From Bacillota bacterium (GTDB lineage Bacteria; Bacillota; Ch66; Ch109), in the NCBI GenBank assembly GCA_050952625.1, contig JBMNLH010000003.1, forward strand, positions 119,429 through 183,428: 64,000 nucleotides of DNA. Direction: 5' to 3'. A program made the position numbers and the translations under genes. The notes beneath the pieces are model-generated. The model searched no databases and was not told where the DNA came from. It worked only from the letters and a program-made list of their open reading frames with translations. Shown here in pieces: positions 43,056 to 54,000 of the stretch. Each line of letters opens with the position of its first letter. Position 1 is the first letter of the stretch.

Positions 43056-45251
43056 ATGCGCAAGATTCGTCTGCGTTTAGGGGTGTGGTGCCTCCTGACC
43101 GTGTTCCTGCTGACCCTCTTCCCGGGCTTGACCCTGGCTCAGGAGAAGTCAGCCGTTTCCCTGGAACAAGCGATCCGGATAGCTAAAGAATGTTTTAACA
43201 TCCCGACGGAGTATAGCAACTTTACTTCTGGTTACAACAACTATGACAACCGTCAGGTCTGGTTTTTAAATTGGGAGGCAACTGAGGAACCGAGAGGCAG
43301 TTTCAATGTTCAGGTAGATGCAAACACCGGTGAAATCATATATATGAACAGTTGGAAAAATGAAACGCGCCCCGAATCTGGACCTCAACTGCCGGCTATT
43401 TCGGAAACTCAGGCTCGCGAGATCGCCAACCAAATGCTGAACAAACTAGCACCTAATAAGGCGAAGAACCTGCGGTTGGTCCCCAGTGACCTCCAGATTG
43501 TTCCCTTGAGTCAGTATGGGGCAGTGACCTATAACTTCCGCTGGGAACGGGTGGTCAACGGGATTGTCTTTCTAGGTGATGGTGCCAGTATTTCAATTCG
43601 AGGGGATGATGGCCAGGTCAGCCACTACAATATGACCTGGACCGAGACCGACTTCCCGGCAGCTGCGGGAGTTGTTTCCTCAGCGAAAGCCCGGGAGACA
43701 TTCGAGGCCACTGGGATGCTGGAATTGCAATATTATCGCCAGTCTGATGTTCGACCGCTGGCTGCTGGGGAAAAACAGCCGGTTAAGCTAGTCTACCGAC
43801 TCTACCACCCCTCTAACGGGATAATTGATGCCTTAACCGGCGAACCGCTAGTCTTAGAACCGGGCAAATGGCTGCGGAATGAAGGTGGCGGTGGTGCCGG
43901 GGGGGCTGAAGACATGATGGCCCAAAGAGCTGCTCAAGATGAAGCGGCTGCCCCCTTGAGTCCTGAAGAATTAAAGGAAATCGAAAGAACCGCTGATCTC
44001 CTCAGTGAAGAGGAAGCCGTGGCTGTAGTTAAAAAATGGGTAGATATTCCAGAGACACTAACCCTGCGCAGTGCCAACCTAGCCGCTGAATGGCAGTTCC
44101 CGGAGAATCGATACTGGAGCCTCAGTTGGAACGCTGAGAAATCAGAAACAGGGCAATTAGACAACGCAAGTGCCCGGGTAGATGCCCGAACCGGCGAGTT
44201 GATGGGGTTCTACCTGTACTACTCATCTCCAGAACCAAATCAACCTGGGAACATCGACCAGGAAGCAGCGAAAAAACTGGCGGAAGACTTTCTGAAAAAA
44301 GTCCAGCCGAGCCGATTCGCGTCAGTTAAACTAGAGGAAAACCAGCAGAATTGGCGACCCCTGGTGATCGAAGGACAAAACCCGACCGCTTATTATTTCA
44401 ATTACCGGCGACTGGTCAATGGAATCCCCTATCCCGGCAACGGGATTAGCGTTTCGGTTGACGCAATCAATCAACGGATAACTCAATTCGATGTTAACTG
44501 GCAAAATTTGAATTTCCCAAGCCCGGCTGGCTGTTTAGGAACGGAACAGGCCAATGCCGCCTATTTAAAGAACCAGCCTCTGACCTTAGCCTATACCCAG
44601 GTTTACGGCTCAACTGGGCCGGGTGAAGTAAAACTCGTCTATTTGCCGGTAACCACGCCCAATCAACTAGTCTCCAACCTGATAGATGCCCGGACCGGTG
44701 AATACCTGGATTGGCAAGGCAAACCTCTGTCTGAACAGCCTCGGGCCTCTCACTTTACCGATATCGCGGGGCATTTTGGCGAAGAGGAAATCAGCCTGCT
44801 AGGCCAAGCGGGAATCTTCGGCGAATACGGTGATACCTTCCGACCAGAAGAATCAGTAACCGCGGTCTCCCTGCTGCGGGCCATGCTGCAGGCTACGCAG
44901 GGTTCCTGGGCAACGGCTGATCTAACCGATCAAGAGATTATAAAACGGGCGCAGGAAATAAAGTGGGTGGAGGAAGGAGAGCTAACCCCGGCTGGTGCCG
45001 TCACCCGGGAAAACCTGGCCAAACTGATGATCCGGCTGTTAGGCATGGATCGGGCGGCCCGGATTGAAGGCATCTACAAGGTTCCTTACAAGGATGCTGA
45101 CGCTCTGTCGCCCGGTTCGCTGGGTTACGCTAGTCTGACCTGGGGTCTGGAGATCATCAGAGGCACCGGGGATACTTTTAACCCCAACCAGGTCACGACC
45201 CGAGCCGAAGCAGCGGTCGTCCTGGTGCGGACCTTGCGAGTTAAGGCGTAG
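43056..45251 (+). CDS. Secreted YcdB/YcdC(PepSY-like)-repeat protein with C-terminal SLH domains
   Basis: Signal peptide, repeated VDAxTGE motifs, FTDIAGHF...TRAEAAVVLVR SLH repeats. Confidence 0.85.
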   Translation: MRKIRLRLGVWCLLTVFLLTLFPGLTLAQEKSAVSLEQAIRIAKECFNIPTEYSNFTSGYNNYDNRQVWFLNWEATEEPRGSFNVQVDANTGEIIYMNSWKNETRPESGPQLPAISETQAREIANQMLNKLAPNKAKNLRLVPSDLQIVPLSQYGAVTYNFRWERVVNGIVFLGDGASISIRGDDGQVSHYNMTWTETDFPAAAGVVSSAKARETFEATGMLELQYYRQSDVRPLAAGEKQPVKLVYRLYHPSNGIIDALTGEPLVLEPGKWLRNEGGGGAGGAEDMMAQRAAQDEAAAPLSPEELKEIERTADLLSEEEAVAVVKKWVDIPETLTLRSANLAAEWQFPENRYWSLSWNAEKSETGQLDNASARVDARTGELMGFYLYYSSPEPNQPGNIDQEAAKKLAEDFLKKVQPSRFASVKLEENQQNWRPLVIEGQNPTAYYFNYRRLVNGIPYPGNGISVSVDAINQRITQFDVNWQNLNFPSPAGCLGTEQANAAYLKNQPLTLAYTQVYGSTGPGEVKLVYLPVTTPNQLVSNLIDARTGEYLDWQGKPLSEQPRASHFTDIAGHFGEEEISLLGQAGIFGEYGDTFRPEESVTAVSLLRAMLQATQGSWATADLTDQEIIKRAQEIKWVEEGELTPAGAVTRENLAKLMIRLLGMDRAARIEGIYKVPYKDADALSPGSLGYASLTWGLEIIRGTGDTFNPNQVTTRAEAAVVLVRTLRVKA

Positions 45252-45294
45252 CAGCGAGTATATTTAGTAAGTCAATGACACGTTCCTTACCGTA

Positions 45295-45340
45295 TGTGTT
45301 ATTTTCATTAGTGGTTGTATCCAACGCGCATGGGCGGTTA
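45295..45340 (+). repeat. Repeat family B copy
   Basis: TGTGTTATTTTCATTAGTGGTTGTATCCAACGCGCATGGGCGGTTA. Confidence 0.75.
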
Positions 45341-45355
45341 GTAAGTTTAATATCG

Positions 45356-45428
45356 TGTCATTCTGAGCGCAGCGAAGAATCCTTCCTACGCTGAGAAGCA
45401 AGATCCTTCGCTAACGCTCAGGATGACA
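45356..45428. repeat. REP-type palindromic element (GTCATTCTGAGCGCAGCGAAGAATC class)
   Basis: TGTCATTCTGAGCGCAGCGAAGAATC...GATCCTTCGCTAACGCTCAGGATGACA inverted pair. Confidence 0.8.
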
Positions 45429-45572
45429 TATATCCGCTAATTCTGGCAAACAGATTTCGGTAGCAAAGTAAAAGGAAACGAGTTGGAGAACAACTTGTTT
45501 CCTCTTTCTATTTCATCCAAGAATTGCTCAATCAGTATTAACCCATCATGCCCTAAGGACACAAAAAACCAA

Positions 45573-45941
45573 TTATTTATTTGTTAACCGTGAAATATAC
45601 TCCTCTAAATCTTCTTTTCTTTTGGCGACCAACTGATAAACCAGCATCCCTTCCCGTTCGGCAATACCAGCCACTACCACAATTTCCATGATACCTAACT
45701 CAGTAACCTTCCATATTATACGAACCGATTTCTTATCCACGTAAATGCTTCGGTATCCCGAAAGAGGTCGATTAACTTGGTTTTCTAGTTCCTTGCCAAA
45801 CATAGCCGGTGCTTGAGCTATTTTTTGTAACGCCTTGATTACTTTAATCTGACGGCCCTTATCCAGGCTAAGAAAATCTTCCGCTGCGGCCGGGAAAAAC
45901 TTAATGTTGTCTGGCAGGTAGTTAGTTATCCAGTTCAACAT
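45573..45941 (-). CDS. RelE/ParE-family toxin
   Basis: GKELEN..RPLSGYRSIY..VRIIW; overlaps the antitoxin 3' end. Confidence 0.8.
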   Translation of the reverse strand: MLNWITNYLPDNIKFFPAAAEDFLSLDKGRQIKVIKALQKIAQAPAMFGKELENQVNRPLSGYRSIYVDKKSVRIIWKVTELGIMEIVVVAGIAEREGMLVYQLVAKRKEDLEEYISRLTNK

Positions 45942-46281
45942 CCGGGGCCTCCTCCAAGTCTTGAGCGGTTATCCCTGTTTTCGCTACTACCTCGGCCAGT
46001 GATAACAAGGGTTTTTCATTCTTTTCCGTATCAATAGCCCTGGATAATAATTCCAACTTGATTTGCAATTCTGAGGCCTCGTGCACTTTCTGCCATAATT
46101 CCTCGAAATTTTTATAGCTTAAAATAGTTGCCTTAGGCTCGGATCCAGAGAACATCATTAAAAAAGGCAATTCATCCAACTTCGGCTCAACCACACTTCG
46201 CCATTTTCGCTGGACATCGCTGACACTGATTATTTGATTGCTAGAGAAAAGCGGTTTTTCCGCAGACTGACTTCCCCCCAT
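45922..46281 (-). CDS. Phd/YefM-like antitoxin
   Basis: IISVSDVQRKW...PKATILSYKNFEEL; acidic C-terminus; upstream of the toxin. Confidence 0.7.
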   Translation of the reverse strand: MGGSQSAEKPLFSSNQIISVSDVQRKWRSVVEPKLDELPFLMMFSGSEPKATILSYKNFEELWQKVHEASELQIKLELLSRAIDTEKNEKPLLSLAEVVAKTGITAQDLEEAPDVELDN

Positions 46282-46445
46282 AGAATGAACCCCCAGTTTA
46301 TCATATACTTAATCCGTGCTATTATGCGTTTAAATCTCGTATATATTATCGCATAAACTAACGTATGTATCAATGTTATTAATTATTGTTTGTTATTCAT
46401 TGCTAGGCTCGGGATGGTTATAGAATTACCTTCTCCGAACCACTC

Positions 46446-48384
46446 TCAAACCTTGAACCCCACAACAAACCCTTCCTCAATTGCTTCTCTAATGGTCCGG
46501 GGTTCAACGCAGTCACCAATAGTATATAATTCTGGTACTCTACCTTCTAACTGGCGGGTTAAATCATGATCGACCTTATAACCGGTAGCCAACACTATCA
46601 TATCTCCATTAATGAAAGTGGAAGTTCCTTTTTGGGTTACCCTGACGCCTTTTGGTGTTATCTCTTCTACAGTGGTGCCGGTTTCAATCTTTACGCCGGC
46701 TTTTGCCAGCCGAGCCAAGAAGAAAGGCCGGTATGTGGGGGGCACATCGCTGGCCGCCCGATCAAGCATTTCCAAGACGATAACCTGATCCACCTTATCA
46801 CCGGACTCAACTAGTAATGATGCCGTCTCACAGCCAACCATTCCCCCTCCGACAATGATTACCGTTCCTTCGGCTTTCCTATGGCCAGTTAGTACCTCCT
46901 CGGCTCCAACTACGTGATCGAGCTGGATCCCCGGGATAGGCGGGAAGAAAGGCTTAGCCCCTACAGCCAAGATGACCACGTCTGGCTGCTCCTGCTCAAT
47001 AGTCAAAAGCGTTACTTCCTGGTTAAGCCTGACCTCTACTCCTGCGTCTCGTGTCTCGTTGATCAGATAATCGGTCAAGGCAGTTATTTCGCCTTTAAAT
47101 GGAGGAACGGAAGCTACCCGCAATTGCCCCCCAAGCTCCGCCCCTTTTTCCCAAAGAGTCACTTCGTGTCCTCTTCTGGCTGCAACTATGGCTGCCTCCA
47201 TTCCAGCTGGACCGCCACCGACAACCAACACCTTCCGCCGACGATCAGCCAGTTTGATCTCACGTTCCGCCTCTTTCCCCAGCCGGGGATTGACGGTGCA
47301 AAGGGCCGAGAATTGTTTTCCCCAGTCCTTGTACGCAAGCATCACTTCGGCTAAACATCTTGAGCAGGTGATACAAGGGACAATTTTATTGAAGTGTCCC
47401 GCCCTGGCCTTATTCGGAAGTTCTGGATCGGCCAGTAAGGCCCGGCCCATGCCGATAAAATCGGCTTTGCCTTCGGCCAGGATATTCTCAGCCAGGATAG
47501 GATCGGGTATGCGATTAGTCGCTATCACCGGGATGTTTACCCACGCCTTAACCTTGGCAGCCAAGGAGACAAACGCACCCCTGGGAACCGAAGATCTGAC
47601 TAGTGGGAACGGGTGACTCGTGCCAGCCGAAGTAAGTGTTTAATGCTGCCACACCATACTGCTCCAGAAGGCGGACCACAGCCTGGGAATCCTCAATGGT
47701 GTGCCCGCCTTCCATCAGTTCCGCCAAGTTAATTCGACAGGTAACCGGGTAGTCACTGCCCGCTTCCTTTTTTATGCTCTCAATTGCCTGCCGGATAATC
47801 CTCATCCGGTTCTCCAGGTTCCCTCCGTACTCGTCCTCGCGTTGGTTGGCAATCGGGGACATGAAACGGTTAAAAAAATAACCCGCGATGACTGGCACCT
47901 CTACTGCGTCAAACCCGGCCTCGCGAGCCCTCTTCGCTGCTTTTCCGTACTCTTTGACAATCAACTGAATCTCCTCCCTAGTCAGGGCCCGTGGGAGGCA
48001 GCGCATCATCCGATTAAACACCGGCGACGGCCCAACTACCTCCACTTGGTCATCTCTTAGGACCAGGTGATACTGGATAAGTAGCTGAGTAACCACCTTT
48101 GCCCCATGAAAATGGATTTTATCCACCAATCTACGAGCTCCAGGTATAAATCGGTCCTCATATAAATAGGGCTGAAAAGGCGAGCCAGAGCGAAGCGGCG
48201 AAAAAGGGATGATTATCAGACCAACGCCTCCCTTGGCCCGTTCCGCAAAGAAGTTTATCATCCGGTCGCCGACCGTACCATCTGGCTCACTATAGCCGGT
48301 AGACAAAGGCAACATTACCAGTCTATTCCTTGTCACCACTTTATCAATTTTGCCAGGTTGAAATAAATTTTTTAGCTCGGTCAT
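46446..48384 (-). CDS. Old-yellow-enzyme NADH:flavin oxidoreductase with 4Fe-4S/FAD domains (apparent +1 frameshift at ~47605)
   Basis: RNRLVM, NQREDEYGGNLENRMR, CITCSRC..C, VVGGGPAGMEAA. Confidence 0.88.
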
Positions 48385-48661
48385 TTTACCTGCCCCCTTG
48401 TACAGAGATGAAACAGTATAAATATTTCCAGATAATTATATTTATTCTTTAGCAGGAACTTAATTCCTGCTTGCGCATTCGGGAAATTCTCCCCAATCCA
48501 CATCGGTAATAGGTGTGGCCAACTGACCATGGTTTTCAATTAAAACTAAGCTGACACCGTATGGGTGTCAGCTTGCGTTATTTCTTAAAATTCTACGATA
48601 GGGCTTTTTTGTCCAATTAACCGGTTTAGTTCAATTTCTTCAGAGGCCTTTTTGGTAAACC

Positions 48662-49549
48662 CTAAAGCCCTTTTTCTCGGAAAAGCTGGGTCATTGTATC
48701 ATAACTTTTCTCTAAGACTTCCATGTAAAAATCGAACCCTTTTTCCGGGTCAGCCATCCCTTGCCGACCGCTTCCCAGGTATAATCCATAGGGGTCGAGG
48801 GTACGCATAATTTCCACCTGCTCCTGAGTCGGTGGTTCGGTAACCCCCACCTCAGGGGCAATTTTCAGGTCCCAACTCACATTTTCCCTTACTTTTTCCG
48901 GAGTCACTCCTGGGTGGCATTTCTCCAGGTACATTTCTTTCGTCACTGGATCAAAGCGGAACACCCCCATGGTTGTGATCGCGGCACTGGGGCCGCCACC
49001 GCGCAGGCCAGCTTTATCCCGGGCATCTCCTCCGCTCAAATAACCAGGCGTGGTCAGGTAATCCACCCGCTCCACGAACCGTCTTTTTTCCTGAACCATC
49101 ATAATCAAAAGTCGTCCCACCGAAGAACCAATATCATTCCCGCCACCACTGCCGGCTACCCGGACCGAGGGTTGGGCATAAGTTCCTAGGGCGGTGGTAT
49201 TCAGGTTACCATACTTATCTACCTGAGCGGCTCCAATCAGGCCGACATCAAAGAAACCCCGCTGCTGATCGCCAAAAGCCCGCCACATTGGACCATTACT
49301 ATAGGCCCGCTCAGAGATGGTAGCATCAGCGATACAGGTCAGCAACCGACGCGGTTACGAACCAATAGAGCCCCCTTCCACAGCAATGGTTAGTTTTGGA
49401 GCATGGGTTAGTTTGGCCACCATTGCGGCAATCAATGGGGGGCCAACACCGACAAAAGCTGTTTCTCCATCCCGGAATTCCCGAGCAATTGTGGCAGCCA
49501 TTAATTCTAATAAGGTATATTTTTCAGCATAGGTTGCTTGAGCCGTCAT
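48662..49549 (-). pseudogene. Family I CoA-transferase beta subunit (GctB-like) with an in-frame TAA at 49355-49357
   Basis: FVGVGPP, EGG, GAAQVDKYGNLN, GSGGGND; both ORF pieces are in the same frame. Confidence 0.85.
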
Positions 49550-49551
49550 GA

Positions 49552-50496
49552 CTACCTCACCTCCCCGTACTGCTGATAACGCCGTTCCGCCATTGCTAAA
49601 CGGCTTAAACGTTCCCAGCCCAATTTTCGACAGTAACCTTCCCAGTCATCCACACCGTATATCCACTCTTCAGCCCATTTTTCAAATCCCTCAGCGGTTG
49701 ACCAAACCTTCTGCAGTTGGAGACCGTAGGGAACATCCATCGGATAACAATAAGCACAGCCCCGGCCATGTGACCCAAAGGGTACCTTAACGACGGCATC
49801 AACACAATAGTAGGGAATGTAAGTAAGATTGGCAGTCCTTTGGATTTCTTCAGTCGGGACTATTTCCTCGGTGGTGATGACGACCCGTCGGGCAGCCCGG
49901 GCTAAACAATCGTCATTACCTACATGTCCCAGAATCTGAGCGTTACCAATAGGATCACAACGTTGAACATGGATAAAGGCAACGTCCGGATGAGAGGCTG
50001 GCACCAGGGCGACCGGCTCTCCCGTATAGGGATCGTCAATAATTTTAATATTTGGATTGTGCACCGGGATATCTGAGCCCAACAAAGACTTGGTTGGCAT
50101 GAAAGGCAGACCCATCGAAGCCGCCATAAAACGCATCCCGGCCGTGAAGTTCGAGTATTCTTCCAGCTCAATTGGCTTTGGAATTCCCTTCTCGACCGCC
50201 CGACGGTAAAGCGGATCTGGTCCCCAGATTCCTCCCCACATATAGGCTATCTCAAACTTATCGACCAATCCCAACCCAATCAAAATCGAATCGTGGGCAA
50301 AGGTTACCGCCGTATCACTTACCAGCCGCAGGTTCTTTTTTCTTTGGCGGGCCACCTCATGCACCGCGGCAGAAGGCGTGCGATCCCCAATTCCGCCAAA
50401 ACTCACATAGGACCCATCCGAAACAAATGTGGCGACAGCTTCCTTGAGGGTCATTACCTTTTTCACCGGTGGCTTACTTATTTTTTCCGGGGTCAT
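49552..50496 (-). CDS. Family I CoA-transferase alpha subunit (GctA-like)
   Basis: GLPFMPTKSLLGSDI, DPYTGEPVALVPA, PDVAFIHVQRCD..GNAQ. Confidence 0.88.
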   Translation of the reverse strand: MTPEKISKPPVKKVMTLKEAVATFVSDGSYVSFGGIGDRTPSAAVHEVARQRKKNLRLVSDTAVTFAHDSILIGLGLVDKFEIAYMWGGIWGPDPLYRRAVEKGIPKPIELEEYSNFTAGMRFMAASMGLPFMPTKSLLGSDIPVHNPNIKIIDDPYTGEPVALVPASHPDVAFIHVQRCDPIGNAQILGHVGNDDCLARAARRVVITTEEIVPTEEIQRTANLTYIPYYCVDAVVKVPFGSHGRGCAYCYPMDVPYGLQLQKVWSTAEGFEKWAEEWIYGVDDWEGYCRKLGWERLSRLAMAERRYQQYGEVR

Positions 50497-50562
50497 CTTC
50501 TCCCTCCTCTCTGGTTTCCCGTCCAGTTAAGGCAATAGCACTTTAATCGCATTAATCTTAGA

Positions 50563-51705
50563 TTACATTGACCTAAGTACGTCGCCAGCGATAACAATTC
50601 GCTGAACCTGAGCGGTCCCTTCAAATATCTGCATGATCTTAGCATCCCGAAAGTACTTCTCGACCGGGTACTCTTTGGTATACCCATATCCCCCATAGAC
50701 TTGAACCGCATCACAGGCTACCTTCATGGCCGTATCCCCAGCAAAACACTTGGCTAAGGAAGCGGCCGCGGTATAGGGCAGGCCCATGTCCTGCTTGCTG
50801 GAAGCCTCCAAATATAACAAACGGCTGGCCTGGATGTACTGGGCCATATCCGCCAGGATAAACTGAATGGCCTGGAAACTGGCAATCGGTTTACCGAATT
50901 GCACCCTTTCTTTAGCGTATTTGACGGACGCCTCGAAAGCTGCCTGGGCGACCCCGGTAGCCATGGCCCCAACCATCGCCCGTGAGATATCCAGAGTCTT
51001 CATGCAGATTTTAAAGCCCTCACCCTCGCCCCCCAACAAGTTCTTGGCGGGCACCCGGACATCTTCAAAAATGACAGAAGTCGTGTTCGAGCTGCGAATC
51101 CCCAGTTTATCTTCCTTTGGCCCAATCGAAATCCCCGGGGTATGGCGATCAACCATAAAACAGCAGATCCCTTTCGAGCCTAATTTCTTATCCAGCGTGG
51201 CAAAGACGGTGTATAAACCAGCTACCCCGCCGTTACTGATGAATTGTTTGGTTCCGTTTAAAATATAATCATTACCGTCTTTAACACACTTGGCCGAGAT
51301 CCCAGCCGCGTCCGACCCAGCTCCGGGTTCAGTGAGGCAAAAAGCAGACAGCACCCCTTCATTTTGTAAGCCATACCACCACTGCTTCTGTTCATGCGTC
51401 CCCGCAATTAGGACCGGGTCCGGCCCTAGCAGGGTATTCGCGGCCATGGTGACACAGAGACCCGCATCTCCCCTGGCTATTTCCTCAACCACCAGGTTTT
51501 GCGCGACGTAGTCCAGCCCCGCCCCGCCGTATTCGGCCGGTATTCCGATGGTCATTAAACCAACATCAAACATTTTTTTAATGGTTGCCTCGGGAAACTC
51601 ATTGTTTTTATCCCATTCCTGAGCATAGGGAATTATCTCGTTTTCCGCGAAATCCCGGGCCATTCGACGCATCATTTCCTGTTCCTCACTAAATCGGAAA
51701 TCCAT
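50563..51705 (-). CDS. Acyl-CoA dehydrogenase
   Basis: AFCLTEPGAGSDA, QVYGGYGY, RDAKIMQIFEGT. Confidence 0.95.
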   Translation of the reverse strand: MDFRFSEEQEMMRRMARDFAENEIIPYAQEWDKNNEFPEATIKKMFDVGLMTIGIPAEYGGAGLDYVAQNLVVEEIARGDAGLCVTMAANTLLGPDPVLIAGTHEQKQWWYGLQNEGVLSAFCLTEPGAGSDAAGISAKCVKDGNDYILNGTKQFISNGGVAGLYTVFATLDKKLGSKGICCFMVDRHTPGISIGPKEDKLGIRSSNTTSVIFEDVRVPAKNLLGGEGEGFKICMKTLDISRAMVGAMATGVAQAAFEASVKYAKERVQFGKPIASFQAIQFILADMAQYIQASRLLYLEASSKQDMGLPYTAAASLAKCFAGDTAMKVACDAVQVYGGYGYTKEYPVEKYFRDAKIMQIFEGTAQVQRIVIAGDVLRSM

Positions 51706-51950
51706 ATTTACCCCCCCTTTCGGGTTGTGACGTTACTAAATTAAACCATGTTCATATGACAGCATTACCTGGGTTATCTGCATTATTTGGCTGTAGCGTT
51801 AGTGAATTAAGCCACGTTGTTAAGTTTGATTAATCTTATCCTGACCTAATCGTTGTAGGAATACCTAATGTTTGGAATGCCTAATCATAGGTAAGTACCT
51901 AATTAATTAATATACCAAACATTTACATATTATATCGGAATTGTCTAACC

Positions 51951-53144
51951 CTATTTAATCAGTTCTATACAGATTGCGGTAGCTACCCCGCCCCCGCCGC
52001 AGAGAGAAGCGACGCCATAGCGGGAACCTTGTTTTTGCATTTCATAAATCAAACTTACAACCAGCCGCACCCCGGTCGCGCCCACTGGATGACCCAGACC
52101 AATCCCGGAGCCATTTACGTTGCAACGATCCATCGGGATTTTTAATTCCCGATTACAAGCGATGAACTGAGCGGCGAATGCTTCATTTATTTCCCACAAA
52201 TCAATCTGATCCTGGGTTAGGCCAGCAAACCTTAAGACCTTGGGAATGGCGTAGACCGGGCCGATGCCCATTATTCGGGGAGGAACTCCGTACGAACAGG
52301 TGGCCAGCACTCGAGCCAGCGGCTTAATGCCCAGTTCTTTAGCTTTATCCGCGGCCATTAAGACGACTGCTGATCCACCATCATTGATTGAGGAGGAATT
52401 GCCGGCAGTCACGGTCCCGCCTTTTCGGAAGGCCGGCGGCAGCTTGCTCATGGCTGCCATATCTACGTTTTCTCTGGGGTTTTCATCGACCGCCACAATT
52501 TTGGTGCCTTTTTTGCTAGAGATTTCAACTGGGGCAATTTCGTCAATAAACCGGCCCGCTTTGATTGCCGCTACTGCCCGCTGATGGCTCAGGGCAGCCA
52601 GTTCATCTTGCTCTTCTCGGCTGATCTTATATTCCTCGGCCAAGTTTTCCGCAGTCCCGCCCATGTGATCTTTCTCAATCGCACAAATAAAACCATCCTT
52701 GAACAAAATATCGTAGATTCCGGCATCTGGTACTCCCAGCCGGTAACCTTCTCTCCCCCGGGTTAAGCCATAGGGAACCTGGCTCATACTTTCCATGCCC
52801 CCAGCAATCACCACATCACACCGGCCGAGCATAATATCCTGACAGGCGATATCAAAAGCCCGCTGGGATGAGCCGCAGGCTTGATTCAAAGTCATGGCAT
52901 ATGCTGGCTGCCACGGGATCCCCAGCATACCCTGGACCTGACGAGCTGGGTTTCCCCCTTGACCCTCGTTGTAACACATCCCGGCGATTACCTGATCAAC
53001 CAACTCCGGTTTTAACTCAATATTTTGCATGGCCTTTTTGGCGGCTGTATACATCAGGTGCATCGGAGTTACATCCTTCAAGGAACCTAGAAAAATCCCA
53101 ATCGGTGTTCTAGCGGCACTAGCAATTACTACTTCCCTGAGCAT
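51951..53144 (-). CDS. Acetyl-CoA acetyltransferase (thiolase)
   Basis: NQACGSS, NEAFA, GHPVGATG, CGGGG. Confidence 0.95.
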   Translation of the reverse strand: MLREVVIASAARTPIGIFLGSLKDVTPMHLMYTAAKKAMQNIELKPELVDQVIAGMCYNEGQGGNPARQVQGMLGIPWQPAYAMTLNQACGSSQRAFDIACQDIMLGRCDVVIAGGMESMSQVPYGLTRGREGYRLGVPDAGIYDILFKDGFICAIEKDHMGGTAENLAEEYKISREEQDELAALSHQRAVAAIKAGRFIDEIAPVEISSKKGTKIVAVDENPRENVDMAAMSKLPPAFRKGGTVTAGNSSSINDGGSAVVLMAADKAKELGIKPLARVLATCSYGVPPRIMGIGPVYAIPKVLRFAGLTQDQIDLWEINEAFAAQFIACNRELKIPMDRCNVNGSGIGLGHPVGATGVRLVVSLIYEMQKQGSRYGVASLCGGGGVATAICIELIK

Positions 53145-53196
53145 CAATCATCCACCCCTTTCCGTTCTATCCTCTGGACTTAGATACGGCGTTCCT

Positions 53197-53976
53197 TTAT
53201 TTACCCTGAAAATCTGGGCATCGCTTTTCCAGAAAGGCACTCATTCCTTCTTGCCGATCAGCAGTGGAGAATAGCAGAGCAAAGCCTCTTCTTTCATATT
53301 CCGTGGCGGAAACTATGTCTGTGTCCATGCCTCGATTAATCGTCTCTTTGGCTAACCGAATGGCAAGTGGAGCCTTAGAGGCTATTTTTCTGGCCAGTTT
53401 CATGGCTTCATTCATTAAATCTGCTGGTTCGACGACCTGGTTAACCAAACCGATCTCTTTGGCGGTGGCGGCGTCGATCAGCTTGCTGGTAAAAATCATT
53501 TCTTTAGCTAAAGCTGGGCCAACTAACCGTGTTAGCCTTTTCGTCGCTCCGGCACCAGGCATCACTCCCAGATCTACCTCGGGCTGGCCAAATTTGGCTC
53601 TGGTTGAGGCTATCCTGAGGTCACAGATCAGGGTCAGTTCACAGCCACCCCCGATTGCTGGCCCACCCACGACCGCAATGACCGGTTTGTTTAGAGATTC
53701 TATCTTAAGAAAAACCTTTTGGACTGTTTCTGAATAATGGCTGGCCTCTTGAACGCTCATTTTAAGCATTCCTTCAATGTCTCCCCCAGCAGCAAAAACC
53801 TTTTCTCCCCCGGTGATCATTACGACTCTGACGGCTTCATTGTTAGCTGCTTCATCAATCGCCTGGCTAAGTTCCGAGACTAGTTGAAAGGAAAAAGCAT
53901 TGTTGGCTTTGGGGTCATTTAAGGTAACCACCGCTACGGAATCAATAAGCTCGTAGCGGACTTTTTCAAAACCCAA
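53197..53976 (-). CDS. Enoyl-CoA hydratase (crotonase)
   Basis: FAAGGDI, GGGCEL, FGQPEVDLGVMPGAG. Confidence 0.93.
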   Translation of the reverse strand: MGFEKVRYELIDSVAVVTLNDPKANNAFSFQLVSELSQAIDEAANNEAVRVVMITGGEKVFAAGGDIEGMLKMSVQEASHYSETVQKVFLKIESLNKPVIAVVGGPAIGGGCELTLICDLRIASTRAKFGQPEVDLGVMPGAGATKRLTRLVGPALAKEMIFTSKLIDAATAKEIGLVNQVVEPADLMNEAMKLARKIASKAPLAIRLAKETINRGMDTDIVSATEYERRGFALLFSTADRQEGMSAFLEKRCPDFQGK

Positions 53977-54000
53977 ACCGATCTCCCCCTTACCGAACTA

